DNA of 61,116 nucleotides, counting the filler. It is 5 parts of 5 records of this genome, joined end to end, with 100 filler letters (N's around TTAATTAATTAA, not from the genome) between each part and the next. Parts side by side here need not be neighbours in the genome. Positions count along the whole stretch, not along the records: positions 37,793 to 53,104 come from SRR20825010_4714; positions 53,205 to 61,116 come from SRR20825010_4716; 3 more parts are not named here. One strand, 5' to 3'. This document shows, in pieces, positions 45,749 to 55,712 of this stretch. The translations under genes and the position numbers were made by a program. Every line of letters begins with the position of its first letter. Positions within the stretch are counted from its first letter, which is position 1. The notes under the pieces are model-generated. The model searched no databases, was not told the DNA's origin, and saw only the letters and a list, made by a program, of their open reading frames with translations.

Positions 45749-46315
45749 ATGAGCCATATAATCGAAAACATCGAAGACCCGACATTAGGGAAATTGGTGG
45801 AACGATGGTTCGCATGGCGCACCGGAGATGCCTATCCGGCGCGCAAGGCAATCGAACCGCTTGAGCTTGGGCCGGCACTTCCATTTGTCTGGATCTGCCA
45901 GCGGGAGCCGGATCGCGACTGTTATCGCTATCACCTCGTCGGCGAAGCGGTGAACACACTTTACGGTCAGGGCCTCAGAGGCCGCTCCCTGAAGGACTTC
46001 CTGTCCGAAAGAACCGCCGCTCTCTTGAAAGAGCGCCTCAACCAGTGCCTTGAATCGGGGTTTCTCGTCCATACCGTGGCGCCACAGACCTTGCACGATA
46101 AACGCCATGTCATTGTCCAGCGGCTGTTTCTTCCAATGACTGGTCCTTCCGGCGATCTGGATACCATTCTCGGCTGCACAAAAGTCACCGACACCATCCC
46201 GGACAATGCCCGCCAGAACACACAATCACATGAAGGCACGTATGCGAGTGACGGCACCTTCCTAAAAAAAGGCAGCGCCATTCTCACCATGTACTCCTCG
46301 GATCAGTTATATTAG
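45749..46315 (+). CDS. Stand-alone PAS-like domain protein (PAS_5/DUF1457-like)
   Basis: W...R....P.R..I.P..L...LP..W, YHLVG, RLFLP pattern. Confidence 0.7.
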   Translation: MSHIIENIEDPTLGKLVERWFAWRTGDAYPARKAIEPLELGPALPFVWICQREPDRDCYRYHLVGEAVNTLYGQGLRGRSLKDFLSERTAALLKERLNQCLESGFLVHTVAPQTLHDKRHVIVQRLFLPMTGPSGDLDTILGCTKVTDTIPDNARQNTQSHEGTYASDGTFLKKGSAILTMYSSDQLY

Positions 46316-46379
46316 ATGATTCGCGGGGCTGGTTCCGATTGCGTCACCCGGACCGCGTGATATAACCCTCGAAACTGAG

Positions 46380-46844
46380 ATGCAGGCGAGCATAGTGTCT
46401 GAACGCCCGGAAATTCTTATCCTTAACGGTCCAAATCTGAACATGCTTGGAACCCGGGAGCCTGAGCTCTATGGGGCCGAGACATTGGATGATGTCGATG
46501 CCATGTGTGCCGATCATGCGGCAACACTCGGGCTGGCGACCGATTTCCGGCAATCGAACTTCGAAGGCGAAATGGTAACGATCATCCAGCAGGCGCGCGG
46601 CAGCGCGTCGGGGATTATCATCAATGCCGGTGCGTATACGCACACCTCCGTCGCCATTCACGACGCTTTACGCGTGGCCGACCTGCCGGTGATAGAAGTA
46701 CATATTTCGAACATTCACCGGCGCGAAGCCTTCCGCCACACCTCTTATATTTCATCCGTCGCCGAAGGAATCATCGTCGGCCTTGGAACCCAGGGCTATG
46801 TCCTGGCCCTTGATGGTATGGCGCGGATACTCGATCGCACCTGA
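46380..46844 (+). CDS. aroQ: Type II 3-dehydroquinate dehydratase
   Basis: LNGPNLNMLGTREPELYG, QSNFEG, AYTHTS, EVHISN. Confidence 0.96.
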   Translation: MQASIVSERPEILILNGPNLNMLGTREPELYGAETLDDVDAMCADHAATLGLATDFRQSNFEGEMVTIIQQARGSASGIIINAGAYTHTSVAIHDALRVADLPVIEVHISNIHRREAFRHTSYISSVAEGIIVGLGTQGYVLALDGMARILDRT

Positions 46845-46862
46845 ACGAACCCGGAGACCCCT

Positions 46863-47297
46863 TTGTCGCACGACATTGACAGCAAACTCGTACGAAAGCT
46901 CGCCGCCCTCCTGGAAGAGACCGGCCTCGGCGAACTCGAATACGCGACGGACGATTGGCGGATCCGCGTGGCCCGCCCCGCAGTGCAACAGGTTGCCAGT
47001 GTAACAGCGGCACCGGTTTCGGCACCGATCGCGCCCTCTGCGGACGCAGCGCCGGCCGATATTGCAGGCGCCGTGAATTCCCCGATGGTCGGCACCGCCT
47101 ATCTCGGCCCCGATCCCGACTCGGCACCGTTCGTTTCGGTCGGCACCAGGGTCACCGAAGGTCAGACCCTGATGATTATCGAAGCCATGAAGGTCATGAA
47201 CCCGATTCCCGCGCCCCGCGCCGGAACGGTGAAGGACATACTGGTTCAGAACGGGCAGCCGATCGAGTTCGGCCAGCCGCTGATCGTTATCGAGTAG
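46863..47297 (+). CDS. accB: Biotin carboxyl carrier protein
   Basis: SPMVGT, EAMKVMN biotinylation motif. Confidence 0.95.
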   Translation: MSHDIDSKLVRKLAALLEETGLGELEYATDDWRIRVARPAVQQVASVTAAPVSAPIAPSADAAPADIAGAVNSPMVGTAYLGPDPDSAPFVSVGTRVTEGQTLMIIEAMKVMNPIPAPRAGTVKDILVQNGQPIEFGQPLIVIE

Positions 47298-47312
47298 CGG
47301 GCTGGAGCCGAC

Positions 47313-48659
47313 ATGTTCGAGAAAGTCCTAATCGCCAATCGCGGCGACGTGGCCCTGCGCATTCACCGGGCCTGCCGGGAAATGGGCATACGGACCGTTG
47401 CCGTGCATTCGACCGCCGACGCGGACGCGATGCATGTGCGCCTGGCCGATGAGAGTGTCTGTATCGGCCCGCCTGCCGCGAAGGACAGCTATCTCAACAT
47501 CCCGGCTATCCTTACCGCCGCGACCGTAACCGGCGCCGACGCCATCCATCCCGGTGTCGGCTTCCTGTCCGAAAACGCGGATTTCGCCGAAATCGTCGAA
47601 GCGCACGGCTTCGTCTTCATCGGCCCTTCACCGCAGCATATCCGCGACATGGGCGACAAGATCATTGCCAAGCGGACCGTGAAGGCGCTGGGCATTCCTT
47701 GTGTGCCCGGCTCTGACGGGCCAGTCACCTCGGTCGAAGGCGCCATAGCAGCAGCCGAAGAGATCGGCTTTCCGGTCCTGATCAAGGCGACTGCCGGCGG
47801 CGGCGGACGCGGCATGAAGATCGCCCAGAACAGGGACGAGGTCAGCGACGCCTATAACATGGCCCGCCGGGAAGCGGCGGCGGCGTTCGGCAATGACGAA
47901 GTCTATATGGAGCGCTATCTCTCCAAACCGCGCCATATCGAGGTCCAGATTGTCGGCGACGGTCAGGGCCACGTGGTCCATCTGGGTGAACGCGATTGCT
48001 CCCTACAGCGGCGCCACCAGAAGGTCCTGGAAGAAGCCCCCTCGCCTGCCCTGAATGCGGAAGCACGCGCGAAGATCGGTGCCATTGCCGCCAGCGCCAC
48101 CGCGAAGATGAATTACCGCAGCCTCGGCACGCTGGAATTCCTGTACGAGGATGGCGAGTTCTTCTTCATCGAGATGAACACACGCCTGCAGGTCGAGCAC
48201 CCGATCACCGAAATGATCACCGGTATTGATCTTGTGCGCGAGCAGATCCAGATCGCGTCCGGCGCACGCCTGTCATTCACCCAGGACGATGTCGTGCTAA
48301 ACGGCCATTCGATCGAGTGCCGGATCAATGCGGAAAACCCCCGCACCTTTATGCCATCGCCCGGCCGCGTGACCGACTACCACGCGCCGGGAGGCCTCGG
48401 GGTCAGGGTCGATTCGGCACTCTATGCCGGCTATCAGATACCGCCTTACTATGACAGCCTGATCGCCAAGCTGATTGTTCACGGCGCGAACAGGAACGAG
48501 TGTTTGCTACGGCTACGCCGGGCTTTGGACGAGATCGTCATCAGCAATGTCGAGACCACCGTGCCTCTGCATCAGGATCTTTCCCAGGCACCTGATTTCA
48601 TCAACGGCGAATACGACATACACTGGCTTGAGAAAACTTTCCTCGCTGAACCGGTCTAA
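47313..48659 (+). CDS. accC: Biotin carboxylase
   Basis: [36 protein letters not shown]. Confidence 0.96.
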   Translation: MFEKVLIANRGDVALRIHRACREMGIRTVAVHSTADADAMHVRLADESVCIGPPAAKDSYLNIPAILTAATVTGADAIHPGVGFLSENADFAEIVEAHGFVFIGPSPQHIRDMGDKIIAKRTVKALGIPCVPGSDGPVTSVEGAIAAAEEIGFPVLIKATAGGGGRGMKIAQNRDEVSDAYNMARREAAAAFGNDEVYMERYLSKPRHIEVQIVGDGQGHVVHLGERDCSLQRRHQKVLEEAPSPALNAEARAKIGAIAASATAKMNYRSLGTLEFLYEDGEFFFIEMNTRLQVEHPITEMITGIDLVREQIQIASGARLSFTQDDVVLNGHSIECRINAENPRTFMPSPGRVTDYHAPGGLGVRVDSALYAGYQIPPYYDSLIAKLIVHGANRNECLLRLRRALDEIVISNVETTVPLHQDLSQAPDFINGEYDIHWLEKTFLAEPV

Positions 48660-48706
48660 CCGGTTCGGCCCCTCGCTCGTCAGAGCGTAGAGAAGGCGCC
48701 GGCACG

Positions 48707-49360
48707 ATGTCGCAATTGCGGCCCGAACTGTTGCTGCAGGCCTATGCCATTGGTGTCTTTCCGATGGCGGAAAGCCACGACGATGCCCGCACCTTCTTTG
48801 TTGATCCGGAAAAACGGGGCGTTCTGCCACTTGCCGGTTTTCATATATCGCGCAGCCTTCGCAAGGAGGTAAAGCGGCGGCGTTTCGATGTTCGCTGCGA
48901 TACGGATTTCCGTGGTGTCCTGGAAGGATGCGCGGAAACCCGGGACGAGCGTCCCGATACCTGGATCAACGAAGAGATCTTCGGACTCTACATGTCGTTA
49001 TACGAGATGGGCTACGGGCACAGCGTTGAATGCTGGCGCGATGGAAAGCTCGTCGGCGGACTCTATGGAGTTTCCCTGGGAGCCGCGTTCTTTGGCGAGA
49101 GCATGTTCAGCCGGGAGCCGAACGCAAGCAAAGTGGCGCTTGTCCATCTGGTGGCCCGGCTCAAGGCGTCCGGCTTCATGCTGCTGGACAGCCAATTCAT
49201 CACCGAGCATCTGGCGCAGTTCGGAGCGATCGAAATTCCGCGTCAGAGCTATCGCGACCAGCTCGCGGAAGCACTCAAACTCCCGGCCGAATTCTATTCG
49301 GCGCCGGAGGACTGGCCATTCGTTGAAGAGCTTTTGCAATCGAGAAGCCAGACATCATAG
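48707..49360 (+). CDS. aat: Leucyl/phenylalanyl-tRNA-protein transferase
   Basis: [37 protein letters not shown]. Confidence 0.94.
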   Translation: MSQLRPELLLQAYAIGVFPMAESHDDARTFFVDPEKRGVLPLAGFHISRSLRKEVKRRRFDVRCDTDFRGVLEGCAETRDERPDTWINEEIFGLYMSLYEMGYGHSVECWRDGKLVGGLYGVSLGAAFFGESMFSREPNASKVALVHLVARLKASGFMLLDSQFITEHLAQFGAIEIPRQSYRDQLAEALKLPAEFYSAPEDWPFVEELLQSRSQTS

Positions 49361-49725
49361 ACCGGATGCTCCACCGCGTTCAGTGCGGGGCTTGAAGAAA
49401 ACATCCAGCCGGTGAACAGGCGGATCTGCTCTTCGTCGGGCTTTTGTTCATCGATTTCGAGGAAGGCGGCGTTTTCCGGTGTTTCGGTCGGCGGACGCTT
49501 GCGGCACGCACGCGGCGTAATGGAGAACGTCCCGAAGCTGGCCGTCTCCCCCACCTGCGCCTCGAAGGTGGAGATCCGCGCGGTGATCTTGTCCAACCCC
49601 TGCATGACGGCCACGGGAAGCTCGATCCAGCCCGGATCTGGGGCTGGGGTCTGAGCGCCCACGGCTCCGGCCTGAGTAATCAACAGACCCACAGCCCAAA
49701 TGAGAACAAGCTTCGACAATCGCAT
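49294..49725 (-). CDS. DUF2155-family exported protein
   Basis: Signal peptide, [32 protein letters not shown]. Confidence 0.88.
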   Translation of the reverse strand: MRLSKLVLIWAVGLLITQAGAVGAQTPAPDPGWIELPVAVMQGLDKITARISTFEAQVGETASFGTFSITPRACRKRPPTETPENAAFLEIDEQKPDEEQIRLFTGWMFSSSPALNAVEHPVYDVWLLDCKSSSTNGQSSGAE

Positions 49726-49753
49726 GGGAGAAATCCCGGCCAATTTCGTTCGA

Positions 49754-50212
49754 TCAGTCTTTGCTAGCTGAAGAACTGGCCGAAAATATGAACTTGCCGA
49801 GAAGCTGAACGATATCCACGGGGTCCTGCGTATATTCGATTGCCCCGCCATTCTTGATGATATCCGGATCGCCTCCCGGAATGATCTCAAGGAAACTCCC
49901 GCCGAGCAGGCTTTCATTCGAGATCGCCGCCGCGCTATCGGCCGGCAGTTCGATATCGTCGCGGATATTCATCGTCACCTTCGCCAGGAAGGACTTCGGG
50001 TCAAGCTCCTGGCTGACGATGGAGCCGATCTTGATCCCGCTCATCCGGACATCACCGCCAACGGCAAGCCCCGCGACCTTGTTGAAATTCGCCGTCACGG
50101 TGTAGCCGCCGCGCGTATTAAGGTCCGCAGAGACATAGGCGAACGCCATGAATATACCGGCAACAACCAGCACTACGGCGCCGATAACCGTTTCGATCGT
50201 ATTGCGCTTCAT
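49754..50212 (-). CDS. mlaD: MlaD/MCE-domain protein
   Basis: ETVIGAVV TM, GLAVGGDVRMSGIKIG, SLLGG. Confidence 0.85.
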   Translation of the reverse strand: MKRNTIETVIGAVVLVVAGIFMAFAYVSADLNTRGGYTVTANFNKVAGLAVGGDVRMSGIKIGSIVSQELDPKSFLAKVTMNIRDDIELPADSAAAISNESLLGGSFLEIIPGGDPDIIKNGGAIEYTQDPVDIVQLLGKFIFSASSSASKD

Positions 50213-50273
50213 GAGACCTCAACAGGTTGAATCAGACAGCGCCAAAGCACTCCCTTCTCACGGCCGGAAACCG

Positions 50274-50627
50274 TCAGTTCGGAGTCCAGGCTTCATAGTC
50301 CCCGGTAGCCGCATCACGCTTGCCGCCTTCGAGAACATGCCCCGGCGGACGGTAGGCGTAGCGGGTGCCCGTCAGGTTCGGCAGATGCTCTTTCTGCCAC
50401 TCGAAATCATTATCGGCCGGCAACGGCGCCTCGGCCGTGTAATGCAGCCAGGCATGCCATTCCGCCGGCACCTTCGAGGCTTCGACGATACCGTTATAAA
50501 TCACCCAGCGTTTCCGCTTGTAGCCAGCGGCCGGTGCGGACTTGTGCTCGTAATAGCGATTGCCGAACTGGTCCTGGCCGATCTCGCGGCCGTTGAGCCA
50601 TGTATAAATTGACGTGCCGATGTTCAT
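50274..50627 (-). CDS. NDUFA12 (complex I B17.2-like) protein
   Basis: GQDQFGNRYY, RWVIY, VPAEWHAWLH, HLPNLTGT, GDYEAW. Confidence 0.92.
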   Translation of the reverse strand: MNIGTSIYTWLNGREIGQDQFGNRYYEHKSAPAAGYKRKRWVIYNGIVEASKVPAEWHAWLHYTAEAPLPADNDFEWQKEHLPNLTGTRYAYRPPGHVLEGGKRDAATGDYEAWTPN

Positions 50628-50712
50628 CGACGAACCACCCTGTCACCTGCATCAAGACGTTGGCGGAATATGTCATTCCCGCGCCGCGCCGTCCAGTCGG
50701 ACGCGCAAAACC

Positions 50713-51378
50713 TTATTCCGCGTTGACCTCCGGGATTTCGATCCCGAGCATCTCCGCCGTGGTCTTGCCCGCCGCGAGTTGTGCCAGCATGTCAGTCTCC
50801 TTGCGGACATGCGCCTCTCCGGCCTCCAGAATCGCGGCCGCCTGCGCAAGCGGCACGACGGTTACCCCGTCCGCGTCGCCAAGGATGAGATCACCGGTAT
50901 GTACCGGAACACCACCGCAGGAGATCGGGCCGTCGATCGAGCCGCCGAAGCCTTTGTGCGGGCCGGCCGGAGTTGACGCCGAAGCAAAAACCGGGACATC
51001 CCCCGACCGGAGCTCGGCCACATCCCGCGCGGCACCGTCAATGACAAACCCGGCCACGCCCTTGTGCTTGGCCGCCGTCACCAGAATTTCCCCGATGATT
51101 GCCACATCCGGATTGCCTCCGGCATCGATCACGATGATCTCCCCCGGCCGCATCAGCGGGATCGCCGCATGAACGCAGGCATTGTCGCCGGCCATCACCC
51201 GAATGGTGCGGGCATGTCCGATAATGCGCATATCTGGATGTAGCGGTGAGACCCGGCCCGCCATGCTTGCCGTCCGGTTCAGACAGTCCCCGGCAACCGC
51301 CGGGGGGACGCCTTTCCAGCGTTCAAGTGCCGCCGCGTCGAGCGCCACATACTCGCCCTTGTGTCTGATGATTGCCAT
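50713..51378 (-). CDS. RraA-like / HMG aldolase family protein
   Basis: GDN, VIDAGG, IGEI, GFVIDGAARD, GDLILGDADGV. Confidence 0.88.
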   Translation of the reverse strand: MAIIRHKGEYVALDAAALERWKGVPPAVAGDCLNRTASMAGRVSPLHPDMRIIGHARTIRVMAGDNACVHAAIPLMRPGEIIVIDAGGNPDVAIIGEILVTAAKHKGVAGFVIDGAARDVAELRSGDVPVFASASTPAGPHKGFGGSIDGPISCGGVPVHTGDLILGDADGVTVVPLAQAAAILEAGEAHVRKETDMLAQLAAGKTTAEMLGIEIPEVNAE

Positions 51379-51417
51379 TGATCCCCTCCCTGATTCTTAT
51401 GCGTTTATTATTTAGTC

Positions 51418-52047
51418 TCAGCCGGCGCGGCGCGCCAGAGCCGTCAGAAGCCCCGCGCCGATCATGGCGCTTCCGCCAAGGCGGTTTACTAGACGAAGAG
51501 CCCGCGGGCTGGAAAACCGGTGCCGCATGGTGCCCGCCGTCACAGCCCAGAATGCCGCGTTAAGTGTGCCCAGAAGCACGAAGGTCGCAATCAGCACCGC
51601 GCATTGCGCAACGACAGGACGCGCCGGATCTATGAATTGCGGCACGAAGGCCACGAAGAAAACGATTCCCTTGGGATTGAGCGCCGTCACCACAAAGGCA
51701 TTGCTGAACATCCGAACCTTGTCCCGGCGCTGATTGCCGCCGCCAGGCAGCGCCGCCAGTTCGGGCTTGCTCCGCCAAAGCTGGATGCCAAGCCAGACGA
51801 GATAGCCTGCCCCGGCCAGTTTCAGCAGTGTAAAGAGCTCCGCGGACGCCGCCAGAACCGCACCCGCCCCAAGCAGGGAAACCGTCATTGCCAACAGATC
51901 GCCGAGCGCCACCCCCGGAACAGTCGCCCAGCCGGTATCCCGTCCGCGTGTCATCGCATAGCTCGCGACCAGCATGACGGTCGGGCCGGGGATCGCGAGC
52001 ATGACGGACGAAGCCACCGTGAATGCAAGCCAGAGCGTCAGGTCCAT
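51418..52047 (-). CDS. LysE/RhtB-family exporter
   Basis: IPGPTV, LKLAGAGYLVWLG, LNPKGIVFF, FVPQF. Confidence 0.9.
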   Translation of the reverse strand: MDLTLWLAFTVASSVMLAIPGPTVMLVASYAMTRGRDTGWATVPGVALGDLLAMTVSLLGAGAVLAASAELFTLLKLAGAGYLVWLGIQLWRSKPELAALPGGGNQRRDKVRMFSNAFVVTALNPKGIVFFVAFVPQFIDPARPVVAQCAVLIATFVLLGTLNAAFWAVTAGTMRHRFSSPRALRLVNRLGGSAMIGAGLLTALARRAG

Positions 52048-52548
52048 CGCAATCCCCCTAGGTTATTGATCTGGCGGAACAGCCAGCCCGTGAGTGAGCC
52101 ACAGATCCAGACCGCCGGGCAAGGGCTGCTTCCCACAGCATATAGCCGAACAGGGCTCACATCGGGCCACACCGCCAAAAAACACCAGATGTAGGCTTAA
52201 TGACACTTCCGCGCACAAAATATGTTGCTTCGGAAAACCGAAAACGGCATTATTTGCGTCGACGGCTTGGCACGGGCCCTCTAATAAAAATTTGAATCTT
52301 GGTCATGCGATCAAGACTTCATCTCGCCGGTTCATGATGCGCACCCCGCAATTGTTCCCACCCCTTAATTCGCCTAAATGAATTGGTGAATTTATTTCTA
52401 TTTTACTTCCTTTTTATTTGATCAACGCGCGCCATCAATCAAATTTCCCGGAATCCTGCGCATAACGACCCTACATTCATTTTTTCCGCCCTTTTGGTTT
52501 ATTAATCATTGCTTCCAGGGCGCCAAATCCGGTATCGTCTCAACCTTC

Positions 52549-52568
52549 GGCCACAAGATCTTGTGGCC
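52549..52568. promoter_or_regulatory. NrdR box
   Basis: Perfect palindrome GGCCACAAGATCTTGTGGCC matching the CACwAtATmTwGTG consensus, upstream of a ribonucleotide reductase gene. Confidence 0.8.
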
Positions 52569-52612
52569 TCCGCAGTAAAGCCATTGACTGAACGGAACGG
52601 GGGGTTCCAGGT

Positions 52613-53104
52613 ATGAGAATCGAACGCCGGTTTACGGATTCCAAGACGGGTCCCTACGCAGGTATTGAATTTCGGAAAACCAGCAGCGAAATCCGCAACC
52701 CGGATGGGTCTGTGGTCTTCCAGAATGCAGATATTGAAGTCCCGGCCGATTGGTCGCAGGTGGCTTGCGACATCCTCGCACAGAAATATTTCCGCAAGGC
52801 GGGCATTCCCGCACGCCTGAAGCCGTTCGAAGAGAACGACGTTCCTTCATGGTTGTGGCGCATGACCCCGGACAAGGACGCCATCGCGGCCCTTCCGGAA
52901 GATGAGCGCACGGTTGGCGAAAGCAGCGCCAAGCAGGTTTTCAACCGGCTGGCCGGCACCTGGACATACTGGGGCTGGAAAGGCGGCTATTTCGACACCG
53001 AAGCCGATGCCAAAACCTATTACGAAGAAATGTGCCATATGCTTTGCCGGCAGATGGCTGCCCCGAACTCCCCCCAATGGTTCAACACCGGCCTGCACTG
53101 GGCT
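52613..53104 (+). CDS. nrdJ: Vitamin B12-dependent ribonucleotide reductase (3'-truncated)
   Basis: MRIERRFT, SEIRNPDGS, WSQVA.DILAQKYFRKAG, APNSPQWFNTGL. Confidence 0.94.
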
Positions 53105-53204
53105 NNNNNNNNNNNNNNNNNNNNNNNNNNNNNNNNNNNNNNNNNNNNTTAATTAATTAANNNNNNNNNNNNNNNNNNNNNNNNNNNNNNNNNNNNNNNN
53201 NNNN
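53105..53204. other. Artificial contig linker
   Basis: N run + TTAATTAATTAA + N run. Confidence 0.98.
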
Positions 53205-53344
53205 TAATTAAATATCAACTCCATCTCACCTTGAGGCCCAGCTAGCGTAGCAGCCCATTTCCCAGTAATATCACTTTGAGCATAAGCAGTCATTCCTGCC
53301 ATCAAAAGCACAAAGCAAAGCATTGCTATTTTCTTGAAATTCAT
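53205..53344 (-). CDS. Exported hypothetical protein (3'-truncated)
   Basis: Signal peptide ending AYA-Q, then DITGKW. Confidence 0.65.
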
Positions 53345-53450
53345 ATGTTGTTAGATTAATGGTTATTGAAAAGAAACTTGAATCTAACCTAACTAGATCC
53401 GGAAGCGAATACAAGCCTAAAAAGACTATAAATGAGCCATTTATATAAAT

Positions 53451-53485
53451 AAAAAACCGGATACAAATCACTTTGTATCCGGTTT
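53451..53485 (-). terminator. Intrinsic terminator after the M28 peptidase gene
   Basis: AAACCGGATACAAA-TCAC-TTTGTATCCGGTTT with a T tail on the minus strand. Confidence 0.85.
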
Positions 53486-53508
53486 CATTTGATTGATTGT
53501 TGGTTATA

Positions 53509-55050
53509 CTATTGCTTTTTAGGCAAATCTTTTCTAGGAAGCAATTCATCTCTTTGAGCTGTATTGTACACAAAAGATGCGATCACTACCGCCATTTGTC
53601 TCAAATCATCCAATTCCAAACGCTCAAATGTATCCATGTTTGTATGATGCGTACGAGTTCTGTATTCGATAGGATCTTGGATAAACTGAAAACCTGGAAT
53701 GCTCAAGGCATCAAAACTCTGGTGATCTGTTCCACTTGTATTTCCGATCGTGATCGTACGATCATCTACTATGTCATCAAGAGGCAAAAACCACTCGTTA
53801 AAAATCGGAGCAACCGCAGCATTTCCTTGAAGGTAGATTCCACGAACTTTTCCAGTACCGTTGTCAATATTATAATAAGCAGAAACTTTCTCATGCTCAG
53901 GTAACAATTCCATCGTCTCACGATCTCCTAAGTGATTTTTCACATAACCTCTAGAGCCATGAAGACCTTGCTCCTCACCACCCCAAAGAGCGATACGAAC
54001 AGTTCTCTTTGGCTTAAGGCCAGTAGCCTGCAAGATTCTTACAGCTTCCATCATTACGATACAACCAGCTGCATTATCAGTAGCGCCAGTAGCACCATGC
54101 CAAGAATCCAAGTGACCACCAAGCATTACGATTTCTGACTTCAAGGTAGGATCAGAACCAGGGATCTCTGCAATTACATTGTAACCTTGCAAATCATCGT
54201 TTCTATAACGAGTCTTCACCTCAGCCTCCAACTCTACTACAACTCCATTTTCGCTTAATCTAGCCATTAGATTCACGTTTTCAGGTGCAGTTTCCAATTC
54301 TGGAATCCCAACCGGAGTACCTTTAGCATAGTCTCTTGGGCTACTTGTAAAGAGTGTTCCATGTCGACCGTTTACACCTTTCACAATCAAAGCAGGACCT
54401 TCTGCAATGATGAACTCGTTGATTTTCTGAGACAAAGCTCTTGCCGCTCTGAATTCAGCCATTCTATCAGGAGTGATACCACTATTACCACGAGGTTCTC
54501 TCGGCGCAGGATGCTCCATACCGTGTAATTGCTCCGCTGTATATCGCTCAGCATCTGCCTCATAAGTTGGCTCTTGCGTACCTGAAGGCTTTATTGCCAC
54601 GATAGCACCTTTCAATTTGCCTTTGTATTTGGCGAAATCCTCTTCAGTTTTGATGTCAAGGAAAATTACTTTCCCGCTAACTTCTCCTTTTGTGCTTTCT
54701 GTCCAAGCTTTTGGAACCGCAATGAAAGGCATGTAATAGGGCTTAGTCATCGCGATGTAGCTTTTTTCCATTTCCCAGCCACGGCCAAATTCGCCCCAAG
54801 CTTCGGTTTTAGAATTCGCCAATCCCCAATCTGAAAGTTGCTTAACAGCATATTCTGCAGCTCGCTCATAACCTTCTGAATTAGTCAATCTCGGACCAGC
54901 TTTATCTACCAATTGAAAAGCGATCTCTTCAACCTTAGAGTTCTCTAAACCTTCTTTTTTGATTTTCTCAATTGCTTTAAGATCTACTTCTTGTGCAAAG
55001 GTCATCCCGGCTAAAAGTAGTGCCGGCAGGATTAATAATTTTCTCTTCAT
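53509..55050 (-). CDS. Exported M28-family metallopeptidase (carboxypeptidase Q-like)
   Basis: GPRLT, GGHLDSW, GATDNAAG, WGGEEQGL, NIDNG, GTDH, HHTNMD. Confidence 0.92.
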   Translation of the reverse strand: MKRKLLILPALLLAGMTFAQEVDLKAIEKIKKEGLENSKVEEIAFQLVDKAGPRLTNSEGYERAAEYAVKQLSDWGLANSKTEAWGEFGRGWEMEKSYIAMTKPYYMPFIAVPKAWTESTKGEVSGKVIFLDIKTEEDFAKYKGKLKGAIVAIKPSGTQEPTYEADAERYTAEQLHGMEHPAPREPRGNSGITPDRMAEFRAARALSQKINEFIIAEGPALIVKGVNGRHGTLFTSSPRDYAKGTPVGIPELETAPENVNLMARLSENGVVVELEAEVKTRYRNDDLQGYNVIAEIPGSDPTLKSEIVMLGGHLDSWHGATGATDNAAGCIVMMEAVRILQATGLKPKRTVRIALWGGEEQGLHGSRGYVKNHLGDRETMELLPEHEKVSAYYNIDNGTGKVRGIYLQGNAAVAPIFNEWFLPLDDIVDDRTITIGNTSGTDHQSFDALSIPGFQFIQDPIEYRTRTHHTNMDTFERLELDDLRQMAVVIASFVYNTAQRDELLPRKDLPKKQ

Positions 55051-55189
55051 AAATATTAGGGTTAAGTAATCGTACTATCTGAATGAATTTGTGTAGAAAA
55101 ATAAACTTCAGGGTGAAATTAAACCAAAAAATAGCATCAAAATCGCTACTCATGTAAAAGTCAGTAGCTTTTAAAAAATTAGATGCTCA

Positions 55190-55639
55190 TCAATTCCCTG
55201 TTGGTAGCATATTTCTGATGGCAGAGATTTTCCACTGTTCTGTCTCAGTCACCACGACAAAGGTGCTCCACATTTTCCTGACAGTCCCATTTGCATTTTT
55301 GATCTCATAGCGAGCATCAACAATGGCCGCATCAGGATCCAGAAAACGAATAGACTCTACCTTCAAGGTTCGGTCTCCAGGATTTGAGGTAGAGCTCTCC
55401 ATCATTCCTTGCACTGCTTCCGCGATCCCCTTGCGCCAAACTCCAGAGGAAACCAACTGATCCACATCCTTCACCAAGATCTCTTTCAGCAATACCGTGT
55501 CCTTCGTATCCCGAGCTTTGGAATATGAATTGATTAGGTTGATTATTTCTTGGGATTCCTCCTTTGTGTCCAATGGGTTTTGGCAAAAAGCGGAGGAGGT
55601 GATTAGGAGGAAGAAAAATAGGAAGGTGAGGGTTTTCAT
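55190..55639 (-). CDS. Exported NTF2-like protein (DUF4440/SgcJ-like)
   Basis: Signal peptide, VESIRFL..DAAIVD, WSTFVVV, WKISAIR. Confidence 0.75.
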   Translation of the reverse strand: MKTLTFLFFFLLITSSAFCQNPLDTKEESQEIINLINSYSKARDTKDTVLLKEILVKDVDQLVSSGVWRKGIAEAVQGMMESSTSNPGDRTLKVESIRFLDPDAAIVDARYEIKNANGTVRKMWSTFVVVTETEQWKISAIRNMLPTGN

Positions 55640-55712
55640 GATTAAAGGTGTTTTGACTGAAGGCAAGATAAACATTCAATCCTAGTGAATAGAATCTAAA
55701 CTTAGATTTTCT

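Noticed and set aside
52230-52610. Cobalamin riboswitch upstream of nrdJ
   Set aside because: I could not find B12-box or GGGAA core motifs by eye, and the region is AT-rich and promoter-like. An Rfam search would settle it.
23695-53204. Repeated TTAATTAATTAA motif and ORFs running into X residues
   Set aside because: Assembly linker artefact, not a biological repeat; truncated genes are not pseudogenes.
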